In this document: positions 1 to 9,355 of the stretch, piece by piece
How the letters are laid out: each line of letters starts with the position of its first letter
How positions within the stretch are numbered: the stretch's first letter is position 1
Virus record (IMG/VR): IMGVR_UViG_3300017565_000323
Span: 1-53,814 of that record
Origin: a virus
Taxonomy: Duplodnaviria; Caudoviricetes
Reading direction: 5' to 3' (one strand)
Length of the DNA stretch: 53,814 bases
The notes under the pieces: generated by a model
Database searches by the model: none
Told to the model about the DNA's origin: nothing
What the model saw: only the letters and a program-made list of their open reading frames with translations
Made by a program: the position numbers and the translations under genes

Positions 1-195
1 ATGCCGACCGTCAGACATTCTCGTGAAGTTCAGGCCCGCCGCATGCGTCTCGCATTCGAGGCCGCGTTGGCTCGTGGCTGGGATCGAGAGATGGTTTGCG
101 CGCAGGTTGGCATCTCAATATCCACATTCACGCGGCTCTGCCAGGAACGCCGGCGATTGCGGAAGCCCCCAAAACTCTTAGAGATCAACCGATGA
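1..195 (+). CDS. Small HTH DNA-binding protein
   Basis: REMVCAQVGISISTFTRL resembles an HTH; stop overlaps next ATG (ATGA 192-195). Confidence 0.55.
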   Translation: MPTVRHSREVQARRMRLAFEAALARGWDREMVCAQVGISISTFTRLCQERRRLRKPPKLLEINR

Positions 196-512
196 ACCCA
201 TCCATTCCCGTCCCAACGCCGGCTTATGCTTCGCTGGTCGCCGCGGCGACTCTGGCCACCGAAGAGCAGATCATTGACGAACGCGCCAGCGGACCAACTC
301 TCCCGCCAGGCGCGGCCGCATTCCCTCGCATCAGCCTGCCCGTTGAGATGCTGGCCGAGACCGTGGTCAAGCTGGCCCTGGCCCAACTCGCGAAGCAAAT
401 CGGCGGTGCGGCCGAAGACTTCGTCGAGACCCACAAAGACCGGATCTTGCGAGTCGTGCCCGGTGCCGTGCTCGACCTAAACCGACATCTCCTGGACGTG
501 CTCCAAGACTGA
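192..512 (+). CDS. Hypothetical protein
   Basis: ATG at 192 coupled to upstream stop; MNPSIPVPT... Confidence 0.6.
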   Translation: MNPSIPVPTPAYASLVAAATLATEEQIIDERASGPTLPPGAAAFPRISLPVEMLAETVVKLALAQLAKQIGGAAEDFVETHKDRILRVVPGAVLDLNRHLLDVLQD

Positions 513-570
513 TCCGACCGCCCCTCTGAATTCTCGCTCCCCTCTCGACTCGACACCTGGTGATCACCTC

Positions 571-1290
571 ATGAGCGCCGCGCTGCCGACCTACACCCGA
601 ATCTGCTTTGAGCGACAAGCCGCTATCTCGGTCGAGGCCGGTGTAGCCCATCAAAATCGTCTGTGCTTATGTGGTGATCATCAGCCCGAACGCGCCGCGC
701 TACTTACGGCCAGCCACTGGAACCCTAGTCAGGTCCTGCGGATCAAGTTCAAGGGTGGCACGGTCGACGCCCGCAAAGACTTGATGGAAGCGGCGAAGAT
801 CTGGCAAACGTATGCCAATATCCGTTTCAAGCAAGTCCTCGTTGGCCAGGCCGAGATCCGCGTGACCTTCGATCCGCGCTCCGGCTCCTGGTCCTACCTC
901 GGGACGCAATGCCTTTCGGTGCCAGGCTCACAGCCAACCATGAACATCGGTTGGCCCAATGACCCCGCGCGAGACCTTCACGAGCTCGGCCATGCCCTCG
1001 GCCTGGTCCACGAACACCAGCTTCCCGACGCGGCAATCCCCTGGAATCGCGATAAGGTTCTCGCCTACTACGCGGGGGCACCAAACTACTGGCCGGCCGC
1101 GCAAACGATTGCGAATGTGCTTGATCGACTTGACTCGCGAACTCTGACCAATGGGGGTTACGATCGGCTCTCGATCATGCAGTATCCCGTCCCGCCGGAA
1201 CTCCTGAGCGATCCACGGAAAGCCATCGGATGGAACCTCGCCCTCTCGGAGGGGGACAAGCGGTTTATCTCAACCATTTACCCGCGTTGA
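571..1290 (+). CDS. Astacin-like (M12A) zinc metallopeptidase
   Basis: HELGHALGLVHEHQ zinc motif, Met-turn SIMQY, GSWSYLG. Confidence 0.9.
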   Translation: MSAALPTYTRICFERQAAISVEAGVAHQNRLCLCGDHQPERAALLTASHWNPSQVLRIKFKGGTVDARKDLMEAAKIWQTYANIRFKQVLVGQAEIRVTFDPRSGSWSYLGTQCLSVPGSQPTMNIGWPNDPARDLHELGHALGLVHEHQLPDAAIPWNRDKVLAYYAGAPNYWPAAQTIANVLDRLDSRTLTNGGYDRLSIMQYPVPPELLSDPRKAIGWNLALSEGDKRFISTIYPR

Positions 1291-1318
1291 TATCAGGTGA
1301 AATCAAATCAATCCGACC

Positions 1319-1711
1319 ATGCCGAGATGGGAGGAGATCATGAATGGTCTGGTCGACGGCATGCCGCGTGGCGTCTCGATCCCGCGTGGCTCGTTTCCGA
1401 CCCTGGGAAATCTGGCGCGGAGCGTCCGATCAATGAGCTGGCCAGATGCCCTCACGTCCTCAACCATCGCCTCGTCCGTGTGCGGCATGGTCGCGCAAGC
1501 CGTTGACCTGCCCAGTCAGGTCACCTGGTCGTTTGTTGCGCTCTCGCTGATCCCATGCGTAACGCTCCTGATCCGCGCGGTTTACAGCTACCAGGTCCGC
1601 AAGATCGAAAGCAAAGAGCGTCTCGAAATGATCAAGCGTGGACTGGTTCCGCCCGCCAGCCGGATCGAGCCGATCGGCCATCCGGAAGAGCCGAGAAAGG
1701 GGAAGGGTTGA
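1319..1711 (+). CDS. Small membrane protein, holin-like candidate
   Basis: Hydrophobic segment WSFVALSLIPCVTLLIRAVY followed by a charged, basic C-terminus. Confidence 0.5.
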   Translation: MPRWEEIMNGLVDGMPRGVSIPRGSFPTLGNLARSVRSMSWPDALTSSTIASSVCGMVAQAVDLPSQVTWSFVALSLIPCVTLLIRAVYSYQVRKIESKERLEMIKRGLVPPASRIEPIGHPEEPRKGKG

Positions 1712-1872
1712 TGGGCCGCACCGGAACCAGCAAGGGTGACACGAAAGCCTATTGCGAGTCGCCTCGCTGCAAGACGCCAAGCTCGGCGGTCAAATATGAC
1801 CGTTTGCTCAAGAAACATCTCTGCAATATGTGCTGGGTGAACACGCCCATGCCGAAACCGCCCGGACGGTAA
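1711..1872 (+). CDS. Small zinc-ribbon protein
   Basis: TGATG coupling at 1709-1713; CESPRC...CNMC. Confidence 0.5.
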   Translation: MGRTGTSKGDTKAYCESPRCKTPSSAVKYDRLLKKHLCNMCWVNTPMPKPPGR

Positions 1873-1886
1873 GACGACTTCGAAAG

Positions 1887-1957
1887 TTATAAGTCAACTC
1901 CGAAGCCTTTACGCCGTCTTGCGTCGACTTATAAACGACTCATAGACGGCTCATAGA
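1887..1957. repeat. Inverted repeat (TTATAAGTC/GACTTATAA) plus direct repeats (CTCATAGA x2) upstream of terS
   Basis: Arms at 1887-1895 and 1926-1934; direct repeats within 1935-1957. Confidence 0.65.
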
Positions 1958-1984
1958 TCGCGACTCAGTGCGGACGAAGACGAC

Positions 1985-2332
1985 ATGGCTCGACCGAAGA
2001 AGGTCATTGACGAAGAACTCGTTGCCCAGCTTGCTTTCGACGGTGCCAGCAACCGCGAGATCGCCGCAATCGTTGGATGCGACGACAAAACGATTGCCAA
2101 CCGTTTTTCCGCATTGGCTGCCAAAAAGCGTGCGGAACGACGCGTCCAATTAAGGAAAGCTCAGACGTCTGCCGCGCTTGCCGGCAACGGCACGATGCTT
2201 GTCTGGCTCGGCAAGCAAGAGCTCGACCAGCGCGACCGAATCGTGGTTCAGCCTCCCTCGGATAACACGCCGCGGATCAAGACCCCGCACTATGACAAGC
2301 GACTCGATAGCGCCAAACGAAAACCCAAGTGA
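1985..2332 (+). CDS. terS: Terminase small subunit
   Basis: N-terminal HTH (SNREIAAIVGCDDKTI), GNGTMLVWLGKQEL motif, directly upstream of terL. Confidence 0.8.
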   Translation: MARPKKVIDEELVAQLAFDGASNREIAAIVGCDDKTIANRFSALAAKKRAERRVQLRKAQTSAALAGNGTMLVWLGKQELDQRDRIVVQPPSDNTPRIKTPHYDKRLDSAKRKPK

Positions 2333-3647
2333 GCGGGTCGATATCCGCCTGGTCCGCGCCCTTTCCGAAGGCTCACTTCCTCGCGACCTCCTGATCTGCG
2401 GGCCGGCCGGCACCGGCAAGACCTGGTCGATCCTCTCGGTGATTCATCAGCTTGCCGCCGACTATCGCGACCTGCGAATCCTGTTCGTTCGCCAGACGCG
2501 GGCCAGCCTGACTGATTCAGTCATGGTGACGCTCGAACAGGAGATCCTCCCCGCCGATGGGCTCGAAGGGGTTGCTCAGGGCGCGACGCGCTCGCACCGG
2601 TCAAGCTATCGGTATCCGAATGGATCCGAAATCGTTCTGGCCGGCATGGACAACCCGACGCGAATCACCTCGACCGCGTGGGATCTGATCTTTGTCAACG
2701 AGTCGATCGAGCTTCAAGAGGACTCGTGGGAGACCCTGGCCTCTCGACTCAACCGCCCTGGTCGCGATCCCCAGTGGGGTTATCTGATCGGGGATACGAA
2801 CCCCGGCGACCCCGCCCACTGGCTCAAGAAGCGGTGCGACAAGGGGCAAACGACCCTTTGGAACACGAGCCACGAGGCCAACCCGGCGCTCCATGACGGT
2901 GAGAACTGGACCGAGGTTGGTGAACAGTACCTCGGTCGACTTGGCACACTTCAGGGAACACGCCGCAAGCGGTACCTGATTGGAGTCTGGGCGGCCGGCG
3001 AAGGGGTTTGGTTTGAAACCTTCGATGATGTTCACCAGTCAGTCTTGGCCGAATACGACCCCGCCTACCCGGTCCACTTGGCGGTCGACTCGGGCGTCCA
3101 TACCGGTGCCGTCTGGTTCCAAATCAAATACGACAAAGAGACCGACGAAGCCCGCGTGAACATCTTCGGGGATTACTACTCCGAGAAGGTCCCGGCTTAC
3201 GACAACGCCAAGGCGATCCTGGCCAAGGGCAAGGCGCTGTGCGGCGGCAAGGTCGACCGATGCACGACCGACCCCGCCGGCAAGTCTCCCAGTGCGGTTA
3301 GCAACTCAACGGTGGCGAGCGAGTACAAGCGGGCCGGCCTGAAGCCCGACTTCTGGCCGAGTTTCCCCGGTAGCGTGCTGGCCGGCCTCACCCTTGTCGA
3401 AGGCTTTGTGTCGACTAGCCCGCCAGACCTGATCGTCCACCCGCGTTGCCATGATCTGATTTCCGCGTTCTCGAACTACAAGCGAGCGAAGCGGGCGGGC
3501 CAGTGGATCGACCGACCGGAAGATCCGCAACACCCCTACGAAGATATGCTCGATGCCCTGCGAGGTGGCTTGCTCGACAAGTTCCCGCAAGGCCGCAAGC
3601 CTAAGCTTGTCCTCCGCAATATGAACATCAACCGGCTGAGGTATTGA
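2292..3647 (+). CDS. terL: Terminase large subunit (PBSX-like)
   Basis: Walker A GPAGTGKT, Walker B-like LIFVNE, DTNP motif, nuclease AVDSG...DMLDALR. Confidence 0.92.
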   Translation: MTSDSIAPNENPSERVDIRLVRALSEGSLPRDLLICGPAGTGKTWSILSVIHQLAADYRDLRILFVRQTRASLTDSVMVTLEQEILPADGLEGVAQGATRSHRSSYRYPNGSEIVLAGMDNPTRITSTAWDLIFVNESIELQEDSWETLASRLNRPGRDPQWGYLIGDTNPGDPAHWLKKRCDKGQTTLWNTSHEANPALHDGENWTEVGEQYLGRLGTLQGTRRKRYLIGVWAAGEGVWFETFDDVHQSVLAEYDPAYPVHLAVDSGVHTGAVWFQIKYDKETDEARVNIFGDYYSEKVPAYDNAKAILAKGKALCGGKVDRCTTDPAGKSPSAVSNSTVASEYKRAGLKPDFWPSFPGSVLAGLTLVEGFVSTSPPDLIVHPRCHDLISAFSNYKRAKRAGQWIDRPEDPQHPYEDMLDALRGGLLDKFPQGRKPKLVLRNMNINRLRY

Positions 3648-3648
3648 C

Positions 3649-5244
3649 GTGGCGCTCGACCAGAAAAACGGGAATGCCCTGGTTGAACGTCGTCATCCCG
3701 AGTGGCGTGAACACCAGAAGCGCTGGCGGTGGCTGCAAGACTCGCTCGAAGGGGGCGAGCGGTATCGGCACGCCGATTACTCGCTGGATCCGACGCGGCC
3801 GTTGCCGGTCGGTTATCAGCAGTGGTATCAGGTCGGCTCGAACCGAGGGCGCTCGGTGGCCTGCGGCAAATCCAATACGGATCCAACGACCGGCGAGATT
3901 TATCCGTTCACTTATGGCCAGATCGTTGAGCGAAATCTGGTTCCCCACCTCAATGAGATGGGTGAGGCGAACCGCGATCTCTATACGATGCGGCTCCATC
4001 GCACGCCGGTGCCGACCAACGTTCCGCGTGCGGTCAACTCTCACCTGGGACGCATCTACTCGAAGGAGATCAAGCGAGCGGGGCCCGCCGACCTCGAAGC
4101 CTGGTGGCGAGATATTGACGGCCGAGGCACCCCGTTTGACCGGTGGATGCAAGAGGTTGTTGCTCCGCTCTTGCTCGTGCTCGGCCAGATCGACATGGTT
4201 CTCGACTTGCCGAAAGCTGTCTCTGGTCAATCTGTATCGACCAAAGCGGACACAGTAGACCTAAAGCAAGACCAGTGCAAAGCCGGCTTGATCCTTCCCG
4301 AAAACCTCGTTTGGTGGCGGAAGGGTGAATACGGCGAATACCTCGAAGCCTTGGTTCTCGAACGCCTCGAAGGCCAACCGTTCTATCGCCACTGGACTCC
4401 CGAGTCGAGCGATCTCTACGACCCGCGGGGCAACCATGTCGAGGCGGGAAGCTACGAGCACAAGCTTGGATATGTGCCGATTGTTCGCGTGTTCGATCGC
4501 AAGAAAGTGCGATGCTCGAACGTTGGGCATAGCCAGTACGAGTCGATCGCCGAGTTTCAGCTCGCGATCTACAACGGCCGATCAGAACTGATCCTGGGCG
4601 ACGTCCAGCAGGCTCATTCCATCCTTCAGGGGGATGAGTCTTACATGGGCCAGGATAGCGAGTTCAACCTCTCGCCTGGCAGCGCCTTCCCCGCCTCGAA
4701 GGACAAGGCTCCCTGGAGCTTCGTCGATCCTCCCAAGGGCGCCCAAGAGGCCGTCCGGCAACACATCCTCGACTACCAAGATGAAGCCGATCGGGACGCC
4801 CAACTCCTGAAGCCCGCCGGCATGACGACCGGCACGACCGTCGCTCAAAGCGGCATCTCGAAGATCGCCGATCAGGCCGATGGCAACGCGATGCTGGCTC
4901 AACGGGCTGCAACGCTCGAACGGGCCGAACTACTGGCCTCGCGCTTCGCCCTGGCGGCCATCCGGCGTGCCAAACCCGAGTTGATCGCCGACGAGATCAT
5001 CGTCCAGTATCCGAAGCAATTCGACCTGTACGCGGCGAGCGATCTGGCCGATGCCCTCGACGATATTCAGCGCGTGATTCAAACGGCCGGGAAGCTGCCC
5101 GAGACCGAGACCGAGCTCTTGCAGCGGCTGGCCGCGGTGGCTCTCCCGGGTCTGCCCGACGAGCGACTGAAGGTCATTCGCGACGAGATCGCTCTGGCCG
5201 TCAAATCCCAAGCCCAATCCCAGGCTGAGGCTCAACTCGCCTGA
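3649..5244 (+). CDS. Portal protein
   Basis: 531 aa directly after terL; HKLGYVPIV motif typical of SPP1-like portals. Confidence 0.85.
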   Translation: MALDQKNGNALVERRHPEWREHQKRWRWLQDSLEGGERYRHADYSLDPTRPLPVGYQQWYQVGSNRGRSVACGKSNTDPTTGEIYPFTYGQIVERNLVPHLNEMGEANRDLYTMRLHRTPVPTNVPRAVNSHLGRIYSKEIKRAGPADLEAWWRDIDGRGTPFDRWMQEVVAPLLLVLGQIDMVLDLPKAVSGQSVSTKADTVDLKQDQCKAGLILPENLVWWRKGEYGEYLEALVLERLEGQPFYRHWTPESSDLYDPRGNHVEAGSYEHKLGYVPIVRVFDRKKVRCSNVGHSQYESIAEFQLAIYNGRSELILGDVQQAHSILQGDESYMGQDSEFNLSPGSAFPASKDKAPWSFVDPPKGAQEAVRQHILDYQDEADRDAQLLKPAGMTTGTTVAQSGISKIADQADGNAMLAQRAATLERAELLASRFALAAIRRAKPELIADEIIVQYPKQFDLYAASDLADALDDIQRVIQTAGKLPETETELLQRLAAVALPGLPDERLKVIRDEIALAVKSQAQSQAEAQLA

Positions 5245-5264
5245 TTTCCTTTGCGAGCGTAAAT

Positions 5265-5954
5265 ATGAGTGATACCCCGCTATTCCCCGAAACTCCGGCG
5301 GCGGAAACCCCGCCACTGACCGAGAAGCCCGCGCCTCCCCCGGCTCCTGCCCCACCAGCAGTCAATCCCCTGGCGGCTGACCTGGCTGCGGCCCGATCAA
5401 AGCTCGCGGAGTACGAGAACCGCGACAAGACCGAGGCGGAAGCCAAACGGCTCGCCGAAGAGAAAAAGCTCGCGGAGAAGGGGGAGTTCGACAAGCTCAT
5501 CAAGCAGCGAGACGAGCAGCTTGAAGCCGAGCGAAAGCGAGCGGAAGACACAATCAACCGCTCGAAGAAGCTGGCGATCAAGAGCGAGATTCACGCAGCG
5601 TTCGCAGGTCACGACCTCTACGAAGGGTCAGCCGAAGACCTGCTCAAGCTCTGGTCTGACGAGTTCGAGGCCACGGCTGACGGTGACTCGTGGGTCGTTC
5701 GCTCGAAGGATGGCCGACCGGTCAAGGATGTGATCAACGAACGGCTTGCGAGCCCCCGCTACTGGAACCACGTCAAGGCGACTGCTCGGAGCGGCGCCGG
5801 TGGTGGCAACGGACACGTCCCTGCTCCCACGCCTCCGAGCGATCCCAACGCCGAGCCGAAGAACTACGAAGAATGGAAGAAACGGGCTCTCGGGACCGAC
5901 CAACGCGATAGCGGCCTGACGGTCGGCCTGGCCGGTCGGCGCAAGCCGAAGTAA
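5265..5954 (+). CDS. Capsid scaffolding protein
   Basis: Charged coiled coil (EAKRLAEEKKLAEKGEFDKL), Gly/Pro tail, between portal and capsid. Confidence 0.75.
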   Translation: MSDTPLFPETPAAETPPLTEKPAPPPAPAPPAVNPLAADLAAARSKLAEYENRDKTEAEAKRLAEEKKLAEKGEFDKLIKQRDEQLEAERKRAEDTINRSKKLAIKSEIHAAFAGHDLYEGSAEDLLKLWSDEFEATADGDSWVVRSKDGRPVKDVINERLASPRYWNHVKATARSGAGGGNGHVPAPTPPSDPNAEPKNYEEWKKRALGTDQRDSGLTVGLAGRRKPK

Positions 5955-6040
5955 TCGTTCTTGATTCTGTTCGCCTGTATTTGTGTTGATGTTGATTTGA
6001 GCGTAATCGCGTTCGCATGAACGCAGAAAGGTTGACGCCG

Positions 6041-7177
6041 ATGGCGTTCACTTCCGGAATCCAAAACCCCTACACGGTGAACGGCATCACGGTTACACCC
6101 GTCTATGCGTTCGCCGCGGAGTGGTTTCTCAATCGCACACCCCTGATTACCCGCCTTGTTCCCAAGGCCGAGGGGGCGGACCGGTTCAAGATCACCAACG
6201 ACCGATTCCGGCCTTCGACCAATCAGCTCGCTGAGGCGCTGGACGGTTCCGAAACCGACGTGGACGTTGATGACGCATCCATGTTTCAGTCGGGAGATAT
6301 CATCGAGGTTGACAGCGAGACGATGCTGATCACGGCCGTCTCGGCCAGCCCGTCCAACACGTTAACCGTCACCCGAGGATACGCCGGCACGTCGGCCACG
6401 TCGCATAACGATGACTCGATCGTTTATGTGATCGGCAACTCCCGGACCGGTGGCGAGGTGGACGTCGACGGCATCAGCTATACGCCGACCGCCGTGGACC
6501 AGCATCTCCAGACCTTCCAGCATCCCTACCAGATCGGGGGATCGCTGGCGACCAACACCGCCGTGGCCCTGCCTGCTGGCATCCCGAATTGGGTTAAGCG
6601 CGAGCAGCTTGCCGCGATGGAACGAGTCATGGAGGACGCCGAGCGGACCTACTACTACGGCCGAGGCGTGGCCCGTAACGGCACGTCGACCCGTCCGGCC
6701 ATGTACGGGCTCCGTTCTCTTTTGACCTCGAACAACACCGTCAGCCCAGTGAACGCGGCGGCGTACAAGCCCGAGGACTTGATCCGCGATACCGTCCAGA
6801 AGTGCCTCGACGGTGGTGGCGACCCGGATATTCTCCTGGTCTCGACCGACTTCCTCACCGGGTTCGCGACCTGGGGCCATGCGGCAATGCGGATCGACGC
6901 AGGCGAAACCGAGTTCGGCACGCCGATCCGTGTCCTTGAGGTTCCGTTTCTCTCTGGGATGTCGATTGTTCCCGCCCCCTTGCTCCGCACTGGCTCGGTG
7001 TTCTGCTTGACCTCTCGTGAGATCACCCAGCGGATCAAGCGAGCCATCCACGACAAGCCGCGTGGCTCGCGTGGTGACGCGGTGGAGGGGGACATCATCG
7101 CCGAGCAGGCGATCGAGGTCGAGAACGAGGCTCATCACGCGTATGTGACGGGAATCACCGCGTTCTCGGCGGCGTAA
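6041..7177 (+). CDS. Major capsid protein (DUF5309/SU10-like) with inserted beta domain
   Basis: Position after scaffold; GDIIEVDSETMLIT...TLTVTRGYAGT insertion; C-terminal GDAVEGDIIAEQAIEV. Confidence 0.85.
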   Translation: MAFTSGIQNPYTVNGITVTPVYAFAAEWFLNRTPLITRLVPKAEGADRFKITNDRFRPSTNQLAEALDGSETDVDVDDASMFQSGDIIEVDSETMLITAVSASPSNTLTVTRGYAGTSATSHNDDSIVYVIGNSRTGGEVDVDGISYTPTAVDQHLQTFQHPYQIGGSLATNTAVALPAGIPNWVKREQLAAMERVMEDAERTYYYGRGVARNGTSTRPAMYGLRSLLTSNNTVSPVNAAAYKPEDLIRDTVQKCLDGGGDPDILLVSTDFLTGFATWGHAAMRIDAGETEFGTPIRVLEVPFLSGMSIVPAPLLRTGSVFCLTSREITQRIKRAIHDKPRGSRGDAVEGDIIAEQAIEVENEAHHAYVTGITAFSAA

Positions 7178-7212
7178 TTTCCGCCCCGAGAGGATCCCAC
7201 TGAACGCCACAA

Positions 7213-7238
7213 GCCCCGACTCGCTATCGGGGCCCTTC
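7213..7238 (+). terminator. Hairpin after capsid gene (weak terminator or stability hairpin)
   Basis: GCCCCGA-ctcgcta-TCGGGGC, poor U tract. Confidence 0.45.
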
Positions 7239-7248
7239 AGGTAACGAC

Positions 7249-7656
7249 ATGGACATCTACCAATTCACCGGCTGTTCGCCCTTTGTCGAGCGGGCGGCCG
7301 ATTCTCTCGGCGTGACCGACGCCAAGGTTCGAGCCCAGGCTCGAACCCAAGTGGCGGTCTCCCGGGCGCAAACCTCGATTGGCCAGGCCTGCGCCGCCAA
7401 GCCTGAGCATCGGCAAGCCATGCTCGACGAGGCGATCAAGTGGCGGCTGATCACAGCCATCGCCCTGGCCGGGCTCGACCTGGCCATCGCTGAGGCCATT
7501 GAAAAGTTAGGCATCGAGGTTCAAGAGTCCGAGCCTGAACCCGATTCGAACACCGACGATGCCGAGGCCGAGGACGGCAACGACGTCGAAGCCGAAGCCG
7601 AAGCCCTTCCGCCTCGCCAATCCACGCCCCGACCCTCGCGTAGCAGGAGTCGATAA
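7249..7656 (+). CDS. Hypothetical head-associated protein
   Basis: In-operon ORF with acidic C-terminus. Confidence 0.6.
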   Translation: MDIYQFTGCSPFVERAADSLGVTDAKVRAQARTQVAVSRAQTSIGQACAAKPEHRQAMLDEAIKWRLITAIALAGLDLAIAEAIEKLGIEVQESEPEPDSNTDDAEAEDGNDVEAEAEALPPRQSTPRPSRSRSR

Positions 7657-7659
7657 TCC

Positions 7660-8397
7660 ATGGCGCAAGCCAACTATGTCAGTCCGTCGATCCGTGCGTC
7701 GGGCACCACGTTCGCGCAACTGCGAGCCGGTGGCCTGGCGGCGATGATCGCCCGGTTCATCTCGGCCAACGCGGCGCTTTCGGCCAAGGCCGCCCCCACG
7801 GTTTCCGCGACTGGCGGTGGCGCGACTGGCGGCCTGCTCGAAGCGGGAAGCTACACGTTCCGGCTCACCGAGGTCACGGGCTTCGGCGAGGGTCCGCCCT
7901 CGACGGCGAGCTCGAGCACGTCGGTTTCGGCAACCAACATCCCGCGCGTCACGATGGCCGCCCTGAGTACGGGAGCCTCGTCCCGCCGACTCTACATTCA
8001 CGACGGGACGATCGAGCGGCTGTACGCCACGGGGATCACCACCACGACATATGATTGTGCCGTGGCCCTGGCCGATTCCGTGGTTCCCACCGCGTTCAGC
8101 CCACCGGCCGTCGATTCGTCCGGCGCAAACGCGATCCAAGGGGTGTTGGGTCAGCCAATCCACGGGCAAATGCAAGAGATATGGAAGGCGATCACGGACA
8201 ACCTCGACGGCTTCACTTCAGGCAAGCCGGTCTCGGTTGAAGAAATCCGCTCGCGACACCTGAAGCTCGCCGCGGCACTCAAGACCTACGCCACCGCGAT
8301 GGACGAAATCGGCGTCCTCCTGGCGGCGAACCCCGGCACCATCGGCGTGGCCACCAGTCCCAGCGGCGACAAGATCCTCCGGCGGACCTTCTCCTGA
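7660..8397 (+). CDS. Virion structural/decoration protein (beta-rich, Ala/Thr/Ser-rich)
   Basis: GGLLEAGSYTFRLT...GEGPPS beta-sandwich-like segment. Confidence 0.55.
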   Translation: MAQANYVSPSIRASGTTFAQLRAGGLAAMIARFISANAALSAKAAPTVSATGGGATGGLLEAGSYTFRLTEVTGFGEGPPSTASSSTSVSATNIPRVTMAALSTGASSRRLYIHDGTIERLYATGITTTTYDCAVALADSVVPTAFSPPAVDSSGANAIQGVLGQPIHGQMQEIWKAITDNLDGFTSGKPVSVEEIRSRHLKLAAALKTYATAMDEIGVLLAANPGTIGVATSPSGDKILRRTFS

Positions 8398-8696
8398 TGG
8401 CCACACTCATCGCACGATCCGGCCCCATTCGCCCTGGGGCCAACCCGGTCCACGTCATCCTGGCTGGCGTGGATACGGAGTGGGTCCAGGGCCTCCCCGG
8501 CGAGCCGGAATTCACCGCCCAAGGGGCGGCCATCGAGGATCAATCGGTTCTCTCGGCGACCTCGGCGCTCTTGACACTCGCGATCGACGCTGATGCGACC
8601 AGCGTTGTGATCACCGATCCCTCGACCGAGGAAACCGCCACACTTCGCATGTCCGGCCCGGCCCTGGGTCGACTGCCTTACCGGCGCAAACGATGA
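8397..8696 (+). CDS. Hypothetical protein
   Basis: Translationally coupled on both sides. Confidence 0.6.
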   Translation: MATLIARSGPIRPGANPVHVILAGVDTEWVQGLPGEPEFTAQGAAIEDQSVLSATSALLTLAIDADATSVVITDPSTEETATLRMSGPALGRLPYRRKR

Positions 8697-9355
8697 CCCT
8701 CGACGACCTCGAAAAGAAATCCGCCGCGCTCGACAAGCTGCGGATGCGTTGGTTTCACCGGGTCATGCCGGGCATCCAAACCCGCCTCGGTGACGCTCAC
8801 GCCCACGCGGAGCGAGCGATCACAGCCACGCTCAAAGCCACTCCCGAGGGCCGCCCCACGGCGCGGAAGGCGGCCAGTTCCCCCTCGTTTCAAGCGGCCA
8901 ACGCGCGTATCGACGAACTGCTCGAATGGCTCGCCGGCCCCTCGGTCGACTCACTGCAAGGCTCCATTCGAGACGCCCGCGAAGACTTCTATCGCGAAGC
9001 CTTCAAGCTTCACAAGCCACTGATCCCCCCGGCGTTCCTCGTCAGTTCGACCCCTGAGCCGACCGCCGAAAACATCCGACTCTTTCGCGGTGCGCTGATC
9101 CACGGTTACGACCTTCGACATGAGCTTTCCGGCCCATTCGACACGGCCAAACGCCAGCTTGCGGCGTCAGTCAATCAGGCTGGCAACCGTGCGGCCAGCG
9201 GGTCAATCGAGACCGATATCCTCGACACCTGGCAGCGACAAGCCTTCTCGTCGATTCGTGCGGCTGTGCTGCGGTGTTTGACCGATTCGGTCGAGTTCGC
9301 GGACACGGAAGCGAGCCGGGATTTGATCAACCCTGAATACCTGGAAGACGAGTGA
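8693..9355 (+). CDS. Helical protein, possibly the N-terminal half of a MuF minor head protein
   Basis: Coupled ORF, predicted all-helical; MuF link is inference. Confidence 0.5.
   Translation: MTLDDLEKKSAALDKLRMRWFHRVMPGIQTRLGDAHAHAERAITATLKATPEGRPTARKAASSPSFQAANARIDELLEWLAGPSVDSLQGSIRDAREDFYREAFKLHKPLIPPAFLVSSTPEPTAENIRLFRGALIHGYDLRHELSGPFDTAKRQLAASVNQAGNRAASGSIETDILDTWQRQAFSSIRAAVLRCLTDSVEFADTEASRDLINPEYLEDE

Noticed and set aside
6362-7210. 282 aa antisense ORF, and many similar long shadow ORFs (e.g. 17531-18421, 34502-35356, 40518-41324)
   Set aside because: They lie opposite well-supported genes; expected in high-GC DNA; no motifs
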